33,176 bases of DNA, from NCBI GenBank assembly GCA_016870675.1, contig VGAU01000001.1, positions 1 to 33,176 of the forward strand, read 5' to 3'. The stretch comes from Actinomycetota bacterium (GTDB taxonomy: Bacteria > Actinomycetota > Humimicrobiia > Humimicrobiales > Humimicrobiaceae). Shown piece after piece: positions 1-7,661 of the stretch (position 1 is the first letter of the stretch; every line of letters begins with the position of its first letter). The notes under the pieces are model-generated. The model was not told the DNA's origin. It did not search any database and saw only the letters and a list, made by a program, of their open reading frames with translations. The position numbers were made by a program, and so were the translations under genes.

Positions 1-90
1 GATATACACATCGCCAGGATCCTACGCAGGGACAACCTTATGAACATATAAGGAAAGTCACGGTATGGGTAAACCCTTAACTTACTTGTT

Positions 91-1599
91 ATGAATGAAA
101 AAAATAAAGATGTAAGAGTAAGATTTGCTCCCAGCCCAACTGGGTATTTGCACATAGGAAGTGCCAGAACTGCTTTTTTTAATTGGCTCTATGCCGCTAA
201 AACCGGCGGCAAATTCATTTTAAGAATAGAAGACACCGACATCGCCAGACATCAAGAAGAAACAATAAATCTGATACTAAAGTCACTGAAATGGCTTGGG
301 CTCAACTGGGATGAAGGGCCAGAAGTCAGCGGCAAATACGGTCCATATAGACAATCCCTCAGAGTAGAAATATATAAAAAATATGCACATAAACTAATTG
401 AGGATAATAAAGCTTATCGCTGCTTCTGTAGCCCTGACCTGTTAAAAGAAGAAAGAAAAGACAAAGCAGATAAAAAAAATAAAACAGTTGAAGAAAAATC
501 TTTTAAATACGATAGAAAATGCCTGAAACTTTCTCAAAAAAATATTAAAGATAATTTAGACAGTGGTAAACCTTACGCCATAAGATTTCTTGTGCCCGAA
601 AACAAGACTATTAATTATAAAGATACTGTATATGGAGACATAACAGTTAATACTGCCAGTATTGAAGACTTTATAATAATAAGGTCTAACGGCCTTCCAA
701 CCTATAATTACTCTGTAGCAATAGATGACGCTTTAATGAAAATAACCCATATTATAAGAGGTGAAGATCATCTGTCAAACACGCCAAAGCAAATTCTTAT
801 CTATAATGCCTTTAATTTTAATGTTCCTGATTTTACTCATCTGCCGATGATATTGGGTCAGGATGGTCAGAAATTAAGTAAAAGGCACGGTTCTATTTCC
901 ATTGAAAAATATATAGAAGAAGGATTCGTAAGAGAAGCAATACTAAACTATCTCGCACTCCTTGGCTGGTCATATGATGAAAAAACTACAATTTTTTCAA
1001 CCAGTGAATTGATTAAAAAATTTGAACTTAGTTCCATAAATAAAAAGCCAGCCAGATTTGACTACAACAAGCTCCTGTGGATAAATGGGTATTACATAAG
1101 AAATATGGATAATTCCCATTTAAAACAACTCCTTGAGAAACAAATGAGAAATTACCTGGCATCTAAAAACATCAAAGATTTAGAAAATGGAGTAAAACAA
1201 TTAGATAAAAAAATTGAAAAAATAATCCCGCTTGTAAAAGAGCGTATAAAGACATTAAAAGAGAGTATAAATTTAATAAGTCCATTTTTTATAAAAATCA
1301 GCTACAGTGATGAACTGGCAACTTATTTTAAAAATAAGAAGATTAATACAATCGATATATTAAATAGAGTTTATAAAGCAATCAGCGAAGTAAGTGATAA
1401 ATTTTACGTAAAAGACATTGAAAAGAACTTGAGGTTAATTTCAGAAAGATTAAACTTAAGTTTTAGAAAAGTTGCAGAAGTGATAAGAATAGCTATATGG
1501 AACAGCACTATTAGTCCTCCTCTGTTTGAAACCATTGAAATACTGGGAAAAGAATTAACTTTAAAGAGGATAAAGGAATATATAAGGATTATATCGTAA
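91..1599 (+). CDS. gltX: glutamyl-tRNA synthetase (GluRS)
   Basis: 502-aa ORF. Class I HIGH motif (PSPTGYLHIGSAR), KMSKS-type loop (KLSKRHG), RIEDTD core, and a Cys-rich Zn-knuckle-like insert (YRCFCSP...DRKC). No obvious SD upstream. Confidence 0.95.
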   Translation: MNEKNKDVRVRFAPSPTGYLHIGSARTAFFNWLYAAKTGGKFILRIEDTDIARHQEETINLILKSLKWLGLNWDEGPEVSGKYGPYRQSLRVEIYKKYAHKLIEDNKAYRCFCSPDLLKEERKDKADKKNKTVEEKSFKYDRKCLKLSQKNIKDNLDSGKPYAIRFLVPENKTINYKDTVYGDITVNTASIEDFIIIRSNGLPTYNYSVAIDDALMKITHIIRGEDHLSNTPKQILIYNAFNFNVPDFTHLPMILGQDGQKLSKRHGSISIEKYIEEGFVREAILNYLALLGWSYDEKTTIFSTSELIKKFELSSINKKPARFDYNKLLWINGYYIRNMDNSHLKQLLEKQMRNYLASKNIKDLENGVKQLDKKIEKIIPLVKERIKTLKESINLISPFFIKISYSDELATYFKNKKINTIDILNRVYKAISEVSDKFYVKDIEKNLRLISERLNLSFRKVAEVIRIAIWNSTISPPLFETIEILGKELTLKRIKEYIRIIS

Positions 1600-1610
1600 T
1601 TTTAAAAACC

Positions 1611-1658
1611 ATCTCTTATTTCATCTCTTATTTTATCTCTTATCTCATCTTTCATTTT
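1611..1658. repeat. 12-bp tandem repeat, about 4 units (ATCTCTTATTTC / ATCTCTTATTTT / ATCTCTTATCTC / ATCTTTCATTTT)
   Basis: Read directly. It fills the 45-nt gap between convergent gltX and the RHH ORF and overlaps the stop and last codons of the latter. Confidence 0.85.
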
Positions 1659-1911
1659 TATTTTTAAGAGATTTTTTTAAATCCGACCTTAATTCTTTTA
1701 TCTCTGAAACTATTTCGCGTAAGATTTGGGGAGTAGGTTCGTTAGATATAAAAAAACTTTTATCATTATTTCCAGATTTTAAATTACTTATTTTTTCTTT
1801 TATCAGACAGCTGATAAATAACGATAATGATATATCCATATTTTCAGCAATTTTTTTTGCATTATCCACTAAGTCTTTATTTAATCTAAAGCTGTACATC
1901 TTCTTAGTCAT
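1645..1911 (-). CDS. ribbon-helix-helix (CopG/Arc-like) DNA-binding protein, no partner gene
   Basis: 88-aa ORF. The N-terminus fits the beta-strand/helix/helix pattern of RHH antitoxins and repressors (MYSFRLNKDLVDNAKKIAENMDISLSLFISCLIKEKI). It has a charged C-terminal tail and a consensus-like promoter directly upstream. Confidence 0.6.
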   Translation of the reverse strand: MTKKMYSFRLNKDLVDNAKKIAENMDISLSLFISCLIKEKISNLKSGNNDKSFFISNEPTPQILREIVSEIKELRSDLKKSLKNKNER

Positions 1912-1920
1912 GATACTTAA

Positions 1921-1949
1921 ATACTAAAGATTTATGACATATTTGTCAA
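1921..1949 (-). promoter_or_regulatory. sigma70-like promoter of the RHH gene: TTGACA-17-TAGTAT
   Basis: On the minus strand there is a perfect -35 TTGACA (1944-1949), a 17-nt spacer, and -10 TAGTAT (1921-1926). The -10 ends only about 9 nt before the ATG and no SD is present, so the mRNA would be leaderless or nearly so. Confidence 0.5.
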
Positions 1950-1987
1950 CAATATCAAATATTAAAAGCATATGACATAAGACAAAT
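1933..1987. promoter_or_regulatory. two copies of the near-palindrome TATGACATA (1933-1941, 1971-1979), flanked by inverted TTTGTC/GACAAA; candidate RHH operator
   Basis: Read directly. Copy 1 lies inside the -35/-10 spacer of the RHH promoter and copy 2 lies about 22 nt upstream of the -35. Confidence 0.35.
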
Positions 1988-2185
1988 TACTTGAAAGAAA
2001 CAACTTAAAATAATATATTTGTCTAAACTCCAAAACTTTATATTAAAAACAAACTTCACTGCTCGAATATGGGCGCAGATGTACTGCACAAGGCTATTGA
2101 GAATTACAAGGGAAAACAAAAAAATAAAAAATAGTATTTTGCCACATTATAAAATTTCTGGTAGCATTATTATAATGCCAAGCAT

Positions 2186-2259
2186 TGGGGAGTCGTCTAG
2201 TGGTAGGACATGCGGCTCTGGACCGTAGAGCGGAGGTTCGAATCCCCCCTCCCCAGCCA
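2186..2259 (+). tRNA. tRNA-Gln (anticodon CTG)
   Basis: Manual cloverleaf. Acceptor TGGGGAG/CTCCCCA, D-stem GTCT/GGAC, anticodon stem TGCGG/CCGTA with loop CT-CTG-GA, and T-arm GGAGG-TTCGAAT-CCCCC (one A:C mismatch). Discriminator G and an encoded CCA. The ends resemble E. coli tRNA-Gln (TGGGG...CCCCAGCCA). Confidence 0.9.
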
Positions 2260-2460
2260 TAGATGTAATGGCGTTGCCATAGATTGATAAACCCATTTTT
2301 TTATATAAATTTTAATTTTACTGTTTTATAATCTATATAATCTAAATTATTAAATAGACAAATTAAAATATATTGTCAAAATATTTTAACTATATTTTCA
2401 TTTTAACCATATTTCGTTTACTTATTTATAAAGGAAGGTAATAAGGAGGAGGTTAATAAA

Positions 2461-3816
2461 ATGATAAGTTATGAACTGCATACATTAATAGATAACATAG
2501 AAGAACTGATTAAGAAAAAGGACTGGGAAGAAATAAAAAATAAACTACTAGACATCCCTGCTTCAGATATCGCTTACTTAATGGAACATTTTAATGAAGA
2601 AACTCAATTAATTATATTCAGGCTTCTACCTAAAATTAAATCAGCCAAGGTCTTTGCTGAATTTGAAACAGATAAACAAGAGTCTATTTTAAAAAATATC
2701 AGCAATAAAAAGATTAAACAAATCATTTTAGATTTACCTCCCGATGATAGAACTGAAATCTTCGGGGAACTACCTGGAAAAGTTACGCAGACATTATTAA
2801 ATATTTTACCTATAAATGAAAGAAAAGAGGCTCTTTCACTTCTAAGTTATTCTGAAGATAGTGTTGGTAGACTAATGACCCCGGATTATATAGCTGTTAA
2901 ACCAGGCTGGACTGTCAGAAAAGCTCTGGAACATATAAAAGAGTTCGGCAAAGATGCTGAGACTATAAACATTATTTATGTCGTTGATGATAAATGGCAC
3001 TTAATTGATAGTATGCCAATTAGAAAATTTATACTATCTAATTCAGAAGCACTGGTAAAATCACTTATGGACCGTAAGTTCGTTTCTATATATGTAAATG
3101 AAGACCAGGAAAAAGCTGCTAAAAAAATGAAAAAATATGATATGGTATCATTACCGGTAATTGATCCCGAAGGTATACTTATTGGTATAGTAACTATTGA
3201 TGACATTTTAGATGTACTGGAAGATGAAACCACCGAAGACTTCCAAAAAGTAGCTGCTGTTGCACCATTTGGTATCAATTATACAACTGCGTCACCCTGG
3301 ATGCTTTATGTAAAAAGAGTTGGATGGCTTTCAATACTTCTTATAACAGGATTTATATCTGCTAAAATAATAGCTAATTTTGAAACTACTATTGAGTCAG
3401 TCATTGCCCTTGCTTTTTTTATTCCTATCCTAATAGATACAGGTGGTAATACTTCTACTCAATCAGCTACTCTAATTATTCGAGCATTAGCTACAGGTGA
3501 TCTTACATTACGAAAGTGGTTCTCTGTTGTAAAAAAGGAATTACTGACTGGTTTTCTTTTAGGTATAAGTCTGGGTTGCATATTTTTTATAAGAAGTCTT
3601 ATATTTAAAGATGGCATTCCACTGGCATTGACTTTAGGTTTTTCAATTATTTGCGTTATGATATTGTCAAATTTTATTGGTGCAATACTTCCGATGATTC
3701 TCACAAAAATAAAGTTAGACCCGGCACTTATTAGCAGCCCTCTTCTTACTACTATAATTGATGCGTTAGGACTTCTAATTTATTTCTACATAGCCCGGTT
3801 TATTTTTAGTTTATAA
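2461..3816 (+). CDS. mgtE: magnesium transporter MgtE
   Basis: 451-aa ORF with the MgtE architecture: N-domain, tandem CBS region (VGRLMTPDY...VSLPVIDPEGILIGIVTIDDILDVLEDE), and a C-terminal 5-TM domain with the PILIDTGGNTSTQS motif. Strong SD (AAGGAGGAGG) upstream. Confidence 0.93.
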   Translation: MISYELHTLIDNIEELIKKKDWEEIKNKLLDIPASDIAYLMEHFNEETQLIIFRLLPKIKSAKVFAEFETDKQESILKNISNKKIKQIILDLPPDDRTEIFGELPGKVTQTLLNILPINERKEALSLLSYSEDSVGRLMTPDYIAVKPGWTVRKALEHIKEFGKDAETINIIYVVDDKWHLIDSMPIRKFILSNSEALVKSLMDRKFVSIYVNEDQEKAAKKMKKYDMVSLPVIDPEGILIGIVTIDDILDVLEDETTEDFQKVAAVAPFGINYTTASPWMLYVKRVGWLSILLITGFISAKIIANFETTIESVIALAFFIPILIDTGGNTSTQSATLIIRALATGDLTLRKWFSVVKKELLTGFLLGISLGCIFFIRSLIFKDGIPLALTLGFSIICVMILSNFIGAILPMILTKIKLDPALISSPLLTTIIDALGLLIYFYIARFIFSL

Positions 3817-3858
3817 AACACCAAGCTTTTTTATATGGGCAACAGTGGTTGGTTGTGG

Positions 3859-3890
3859 GTTTTAAGAGAGTAGAGTTTTAAGAGAGTATA
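3859..3890. repeat. 16-bp tandem direct repeat x2 (GTTTTAAGAGAGTAGA / GTTTTAAGAGAGTATA)
   Basis: Read directly. It ends 3 nt upstream of the -35 of the promoter at 3894-3922. Confidence 0.85.
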
Positions 3891-3893
3891 GCC

Positions 3894-3922
3894 TTGAAAA
3901 GTATGAATAAACTTTGTATAAT
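3894..3922 (+). promoter_or_regulatory. sigma70-like promoter TTGAAA-17-TATAAT (TG immediately upstream of the -10)
   Basis: Hexamers at 3894-3899 and 3917-3922 with a 17-nt spacer, about 45 nt upstream of the 3967 start codon. Confidence 0.5.
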
Positions 3923-3966
3923 ACTGTGAATTTACACCGTTAGAAATTTTTACAAGTAGGAGAAAA

Positions 3967-4782
3967 ATGCTTAAACCAGAAGATTTTTTTGATCTTTCCC
4001 AAACCCAGTTCAAAAGCCTTTTCGACAATACTGAATACGTATGGGACGCCCTTAAAAAACTTAAAAAATATATCAGGGATAATATTAAGCCAAATGTTTC
4101 TAATTTAAGGAAGAAGGACGAAGTATTTATAAATAAAACTCTGGTTTTATATGATGATAAAATTATTGAATCCGGATTTGATATAAGCATATCAAAAAAG
4201 AAATTAATCATAAAGAAAGATGGTGAGATTCTTGACGGTGCAAGTGTAATATATGCTGGTGCAATCCTGATGGATGATGAGATATATATCGGGAAAGGTA
4301 CAATTATAGAGCCAGGCGTATTGATAAAGGGGCCAGCTATTATTGGTGATAACACTGAACTGCGCCAGGGAGCTTATTTAAGAGGTGATACCCTTGTTGG
4401 AAATAGCTGTGTAGTTGGACATACAACTGAGCTAAAATCCTGTGCCATGCTTGGAGAAAGTAAGGCAGGACATTTTGCATATATTGGTGACAGTATTCTC
4501 GGTAAGGTAAATCTTGGAGCAGGAACAAAACTGGCAAATTTAAAGATAGTTGAATCAAATGTTGTGATTAATATAGGAGACAGGAAATACAAAACTGGTT
4601 TAAGGAAATTTGGAGCAATACTTGCAGATGGCACAGAAACAGGATGCAATAGCGTTACAACTCCAGGAACTATATTCGGGAAAGATGTACTTTTATACCC
4701 GAATGCAACTGCAAGGGGCTATTATCCTCCAAAAACCATAATAAAACTGAAACAAACACAAAAATTAGAACAAAGGATGTAA
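3967..4782 (+). CDS. left-handed beta-helix (hexapeptide-repeat) acyltransferase resembling the GlmU C-terminal acetyltransferase domain, with no nucleotidyltransferase domain
   Basis: 271-aa ORF with an AGGAG SD. Hexapeptide repeats run from about residue 100. The segment SKAGHFAYIGDSILGKVNLGAGTKLANL resembles the GlmU acetyltransferase active-site turns. The N-terminal ~100 aa are unassigned. Confidence 0.8.
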   Translation: MLKPEDFFDLSQTQFKSLFDNTEYVWDALKKLKKYIRDNIKPNVSNLRKKDEVFINKTLVLYDDKIIESGFDISISKKKLIIKKDGEILDGASVIYAGAILMDDEIYIGKGTIIEPGVLIKGPAIIGDNTELRQGAYLRGDTLVGNSCVVGHTTELKSCAMLGESKAGHFAYIGDSILGKVNLGAGTKLANLKIVESNVVINIGDRKYKTGLRKFGAILADGTETGCNSVTTPGTIFGKDVLLYPNATARGYYPPKTIIKLKQTQKLEQRM

Positions 4783-4838
4783 CCACAGAGGCACTGAAAT
4801 TAGTAAGACACAAAAAGTGGCTACGAGGAGGTAAAGGC

Positions 4839-6188
4839 ATGGGCAAGTTATTCGGAACAGACGGAATAAGAGGAGTTGCAAATCAATACCCAATCACCCC
4901 TGATATGGTTATGCAGATTGGGCAGGCTACTGCGTATATACTAAAAAAAGAAGGGCATCACTCAAGAATTGTTATAGGTAAAGATACAAGGCTTTCTGGT
5001 TATATGATAGAAAGTACGCTGGTGTCAGGCATATGTTCTATGGGGACAGATGTAATACTTGTGGGTCCTGTACCAACACCTGGTATTGCCTTTTTAACTA
5101 CTAACCTGAACGCGGACGCAGGAATAGTAATTTCTGCTTCACATAATCCATACCAGGACAACGGAATCAAGATATTTTCAAAAAACGGATATAAGCTAAC
5201 TGACGAAGAAGAGCTGAAAATTGAAGAGCTGATACTTTCAAAAAAACTCCCGTCTCTTCTTACAAGTGCTGAAAATCTGGGCCGTGCGTTCAGGGAAGAA
5301 GACGCAAGTGGAAGGTATATAGTATTCCTCAAACATTCATTCCCCAGTAATCTTAACCTTGAAGGAATTAAGATTGTGCTTGATTGTGCAAATGGTGCTA
5401 CTTATAAAGTTGCTCCTACATTGTTTAAGGAGATGAGGGCTGAGATTATTACTTTAAACGTTAGCCCTGATGGCCAGAATATTAATCTGGATTGCGGCTC
5501 ACTCTATCCTGGAAATCTCGCAAAAAAGGTAGCTGAAACTAAAGCGGATATCGGGCTTGCCTTTGATGGTGACGGTGATAGGTTAATAGCAATTGATGAA
5601 AAAAGCAACATAGTCAATGGCGATAAGATAATTGCAATATGCGCAAAAAAAATGAAAGAGGAGGGTATACTAAAGAATAACACTGTAGTTACAACTATAA
5701 TGAGCAATCTAGGACTTTCTGTTACATTCAAAAAGATGGGCATTAAGAATGTAACAACAAAAGTTGGCGATAGATATGTGCTTGAGGAAATGATAAAAAA
5801 TGATAGTGTTATTGGAGGAGAAGATTCCGGCCATATAATTTTTAAAGAACACCATACCACAGGTGATGGTATTTTAACCGCACTACAGCTTCTATCCGTT
5901 ATGAAAAAGGAAAACAAGCCCCTCTCAGAACTGTCAAAGATTATGAAGACCTTCCCTCAGGTTTTGATAAATGTGAAGGTTAAAAGGAAAGCCCCACTTG
6001 AAGAAATACCTGAACTAAAGAGTATAATATCAGAAGTTGAAAAGGAACTCGCTGACAAGGGCAGGGTTCTTGTAAGATATTCTGGCACTCAGTCTATCTG
6101 CAGGGTGATGCTTGAAGGCCCTACCAAAAGCGATGCTGAAAAACTTGCCAACAAAATAGCCAAAGTTGTAGAAGATGAATTAAATTAA
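4839..6188 (+). CDS. glmM: phosphoglucosamine mutase
   Basis: 449-aa ORF. Phosphoserine loop VISASHNPYQDNGIKIF, metal loop FDGDGDR, sugar-binding loop GGEDSGH, and a GGAGG SD. Confidence 0.95.
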   Translation: MGKLFGTDGIRGVANQYPITPDMVMQIGQATAYILKKEGHHSRIVIGKDTRLSGYMIESTLVSGICSMGTDVILVGPVPTPGIAFLTTNLNADAGIVISASHNPYQDNGIKIFSKNGYKLTDEEELKIEELILSKKLPSLLTSAENLGRAFREEDASGRYIVFLKHSFPSNLNLEGIKIVLDCANGATYKVAPTLFKEMRAEIITLNVSPDGQNINLDCGSLYPGNLAKKVAETKADIGLAFDGDGDRLIAIDEKSNIVNGDKIIAICAKKMKEEGILKNNTVVTTIMSNLGLSVTFKKMGIKNVTTKVGDRYVLEEMIKNDSVIGGEDSGHIIFKEHHTTGDGILTALQLLSVMKKENKPLSELSKIMKTFPQVLINVKVKRKAPLEEIPELKSIISEVEKELADKGRVLVRYSGTQSICRVMLEGPTKSDAEKLANKIAKVVEDELN

Positions 6189-6272
6189 AAAAATAGTAAA
6201 CAATACTAAGGTACTTCCCAAAGAAGAGTGTATGAAACTATTTTATACAAAACAAGAAAGAGAAGAAATTTT

Positions 6273-7103
6273 TCAGTGCAGCGAAACAGAGCCTAACTTG
6301 TAGTCCAGCTTTAATTTTTCTACATGCCTGTAATGTTCTATATTCTTCAATTCTGAGGCAGCATCCTGATCAAGCACAACAGTAGCCTTTCCATTATAAA
6401 GTTGTATTGCTGATGCAGTGATTTGAGATGTTATGGGCCCCTCAAGAGCTTTTGCAATAACTTTTGCTTTTTTCTTTCCATTAGCAATCATAAGTACATG
6501 CCTTGCTTCAAGAATTGTTTCAATTCCCATTGTGATTGCAAAATGCGGCATCTGCTCTCTTTTTATTTCTGCCTTCTTATAAAAACTTTCATAATTATCA
6601 TCTAAAGTCTGCTTTGTTAACGGCTCAATTCTTGTTCTAGATGACAGAGACGACCCAGGCTCATTGAATGCCCAGTGGCCATCCCCGCCTATCCCGAGAA
6701 GCTGTATGTCTACCCCTCCTGCTTTTCTTATCTCATCTTCATACCATTGGCAAAACTTCTCTGGCTCTTTTGAAAGCCCATCAGGCACATGAGTATTTTC
6801 TTTCTTAATATTTATATGTTTAAAAAGTTCTTCATACATAAACCTTGCATAACTTTGGTCTAAATCATATGGTTTACCAAGATCAATACCAGCCCCAAGA
6901 TATTCATCAAGATTAAAAGTTTTAACTTGTGAAAAATCAAGCCCTTGTTTGTGCATCCTTATTAGTTCTTTATATGTCCCTATTGGCGTACCTCCAGTTG
7001 CCAGCCCAAGAACACAGTCAGGTTTTGATTTTATGCATTTTGCAATAATCTCTGCTGCATACCTGCTCATTTTCTCATAATTATCCCTCACAATAATATC
7101 CAT
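6273..7103 (-). CDS. nagB: glucosamine-6-phosphate deaminase
   Basis: NagB/6-PGL fold motifs (LGLATGGTPIGTY, FNLDEY, GIGGDGHWAFNEPGS). I prefer the start at the 11th codon of the tracked ORF (MDIIV...) because GAGGAGG lies 5 nt upstream. The tracked ORF extends to 7133. Confidence 0.9.
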   Translation of the reverse strand: MDIIVRDNYEKMSRYAAEIIAKCIKSKPDCVLGLATGGTPIGTYKELIRMHKQGLDFSQVKTFNLDEYLGAGIDLGKPYDLDQSYARFMYEELFKHINIKKENTHVPDGLSKEPEKFCQWYEDEIRKAGGVDIQLLGIGGDGHWAFNEPGSSLSSRTRIEPLTKQTLDDNYESFYKKAEIKREQMPHFAITMGIETILEARHVLMIANGKKKAKVIAKALEGPITSQITASAIQLYNGKATVVLDQDAASELKNIEHYRHVEKLKLDYKLGSVSLH

Positions 7104-7148
7104 TAATACCTCCTCAAAAAATCTATTGAACATTCTTTAGAAAATTTA

Positions 7149-7176
7149 GCGCACCCTGGGTGCGGGGTTTTAATTT
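7149..7176. other. GC-rich hairpin CGCACC-CTG-GGTGCG followed by GGGTTTTAATTTT
   Basis: Read directly: a perfect 6-bp stem with a 3-nt loop in an otherwise AT-rich spacer. It looks like a terminator on the + strand, but it sits about 45 nt upstream of the nagB start in the nagB leader region. Confidence 0.3.
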
Positions 7177-7415
7177 TAACAAAATATCTCTTTATTTTAT
7201 CACACATAGACACCAAGACCCAAAAGATTTTTTCATCTTCGTTCAACTTTGCAGACTTACTATTATTTTCTGCAGTACATTCCAGCCAATCTGCAAATTA
7301 TAGTATCTTTTACTAATTTTATAGTCAAGCATCGAATTGCTGATTCCTTATTTTATTTCTTCAATTATTCTGTGTAAAGTATATAATATATAAAAATATA
7401 AATTTTAATAAGCGG

Positions 7416-7661
7416 GTGATTCACATAACTGTAATAGATATAAACTTCATTATAACAGAAATCTTAAGGCTTCTACCCTTCTTCATTCCAATTATAATAA
7501 TTCAGTATGGCCTGATGATATTTGCTCTGGTTCAGCTTTTTAGAAATGAGGCTGCCTATCTGCCAAAATGGGGATGGGCCTTGATTATTATCTTTTTCGG
7601 TATCATTGGTCCAGTTGTTTTCTTAATAGTAGGTAAAAAGAAAGAAATAGAAAATGATTAA
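7416..7661 (+). CDS. small 2-TM membrane protein, PLDc_N (YxlE-like) family
   Basis: 81-aa ORF with a GTG start (start uncertain). Two hydrophobic helices and the signature KWGWALIIIFFGIIGPVVFLIVGKKK. The stop overlaps the next gene's ATG (ATGATTAA). Confidence 0.65.
   Translation: MIHITVIDINFIITEILRLLPFFIPIIIIQYGLMIFALVQLFRNEAAYLPKWGWALIIIFFGIIGPVVFLIVGKKKEIEND

Noticed and set aside
1-90. A GC-richer 90 nt before gltX. It could be the tail of an upstream CDS (frames close at 49-51 or 78-80) or the end of a structured RNA such as a T-box leader.
   Set aside because: Too short and cut by the window edge. I saw no specifier or T-box consensus and no convincing terminator/antiterminator, so it cannot be assigned.
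2019-2228. 69-aa + strand ORF in the track.
   Set aside because: It starts at a non-ATG codon, is low-complexity, and its 3' part is the tRNA-Gln gene. It is spurious.
2260-2460. Possible M-box (Mg2+) riboswitch upstream of mgtE.
   Set aside because: The 200-nt leader is almost pure AT with no GC-rich paired elements or conserved M-box core. I saw only a weak 5-bp hairpin (ATGGC-GTT-GCCAT) just after the tRNA.
3859-3890. GTTTTAAGAGAG... repeats as a possible CRISPR fragment.
   Set aside because: There are only two directly adjacent 16-bp units, no spacers, and no cas genes in the window.
3831-4355. Long antisense ORFs in the track: 3831-4355, 5504-5917, 14259-14687, 16639-17108, 20811-21329, 22066-22389, 24121-24474 and others.
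   Set aside because: Each lies opposite a strongly supported conserved gene. They have low-complexity Ser/Pro/Ile/Phe-rich translations and lack an SD and recognisable motifs. They look like typical shadow ORFs.
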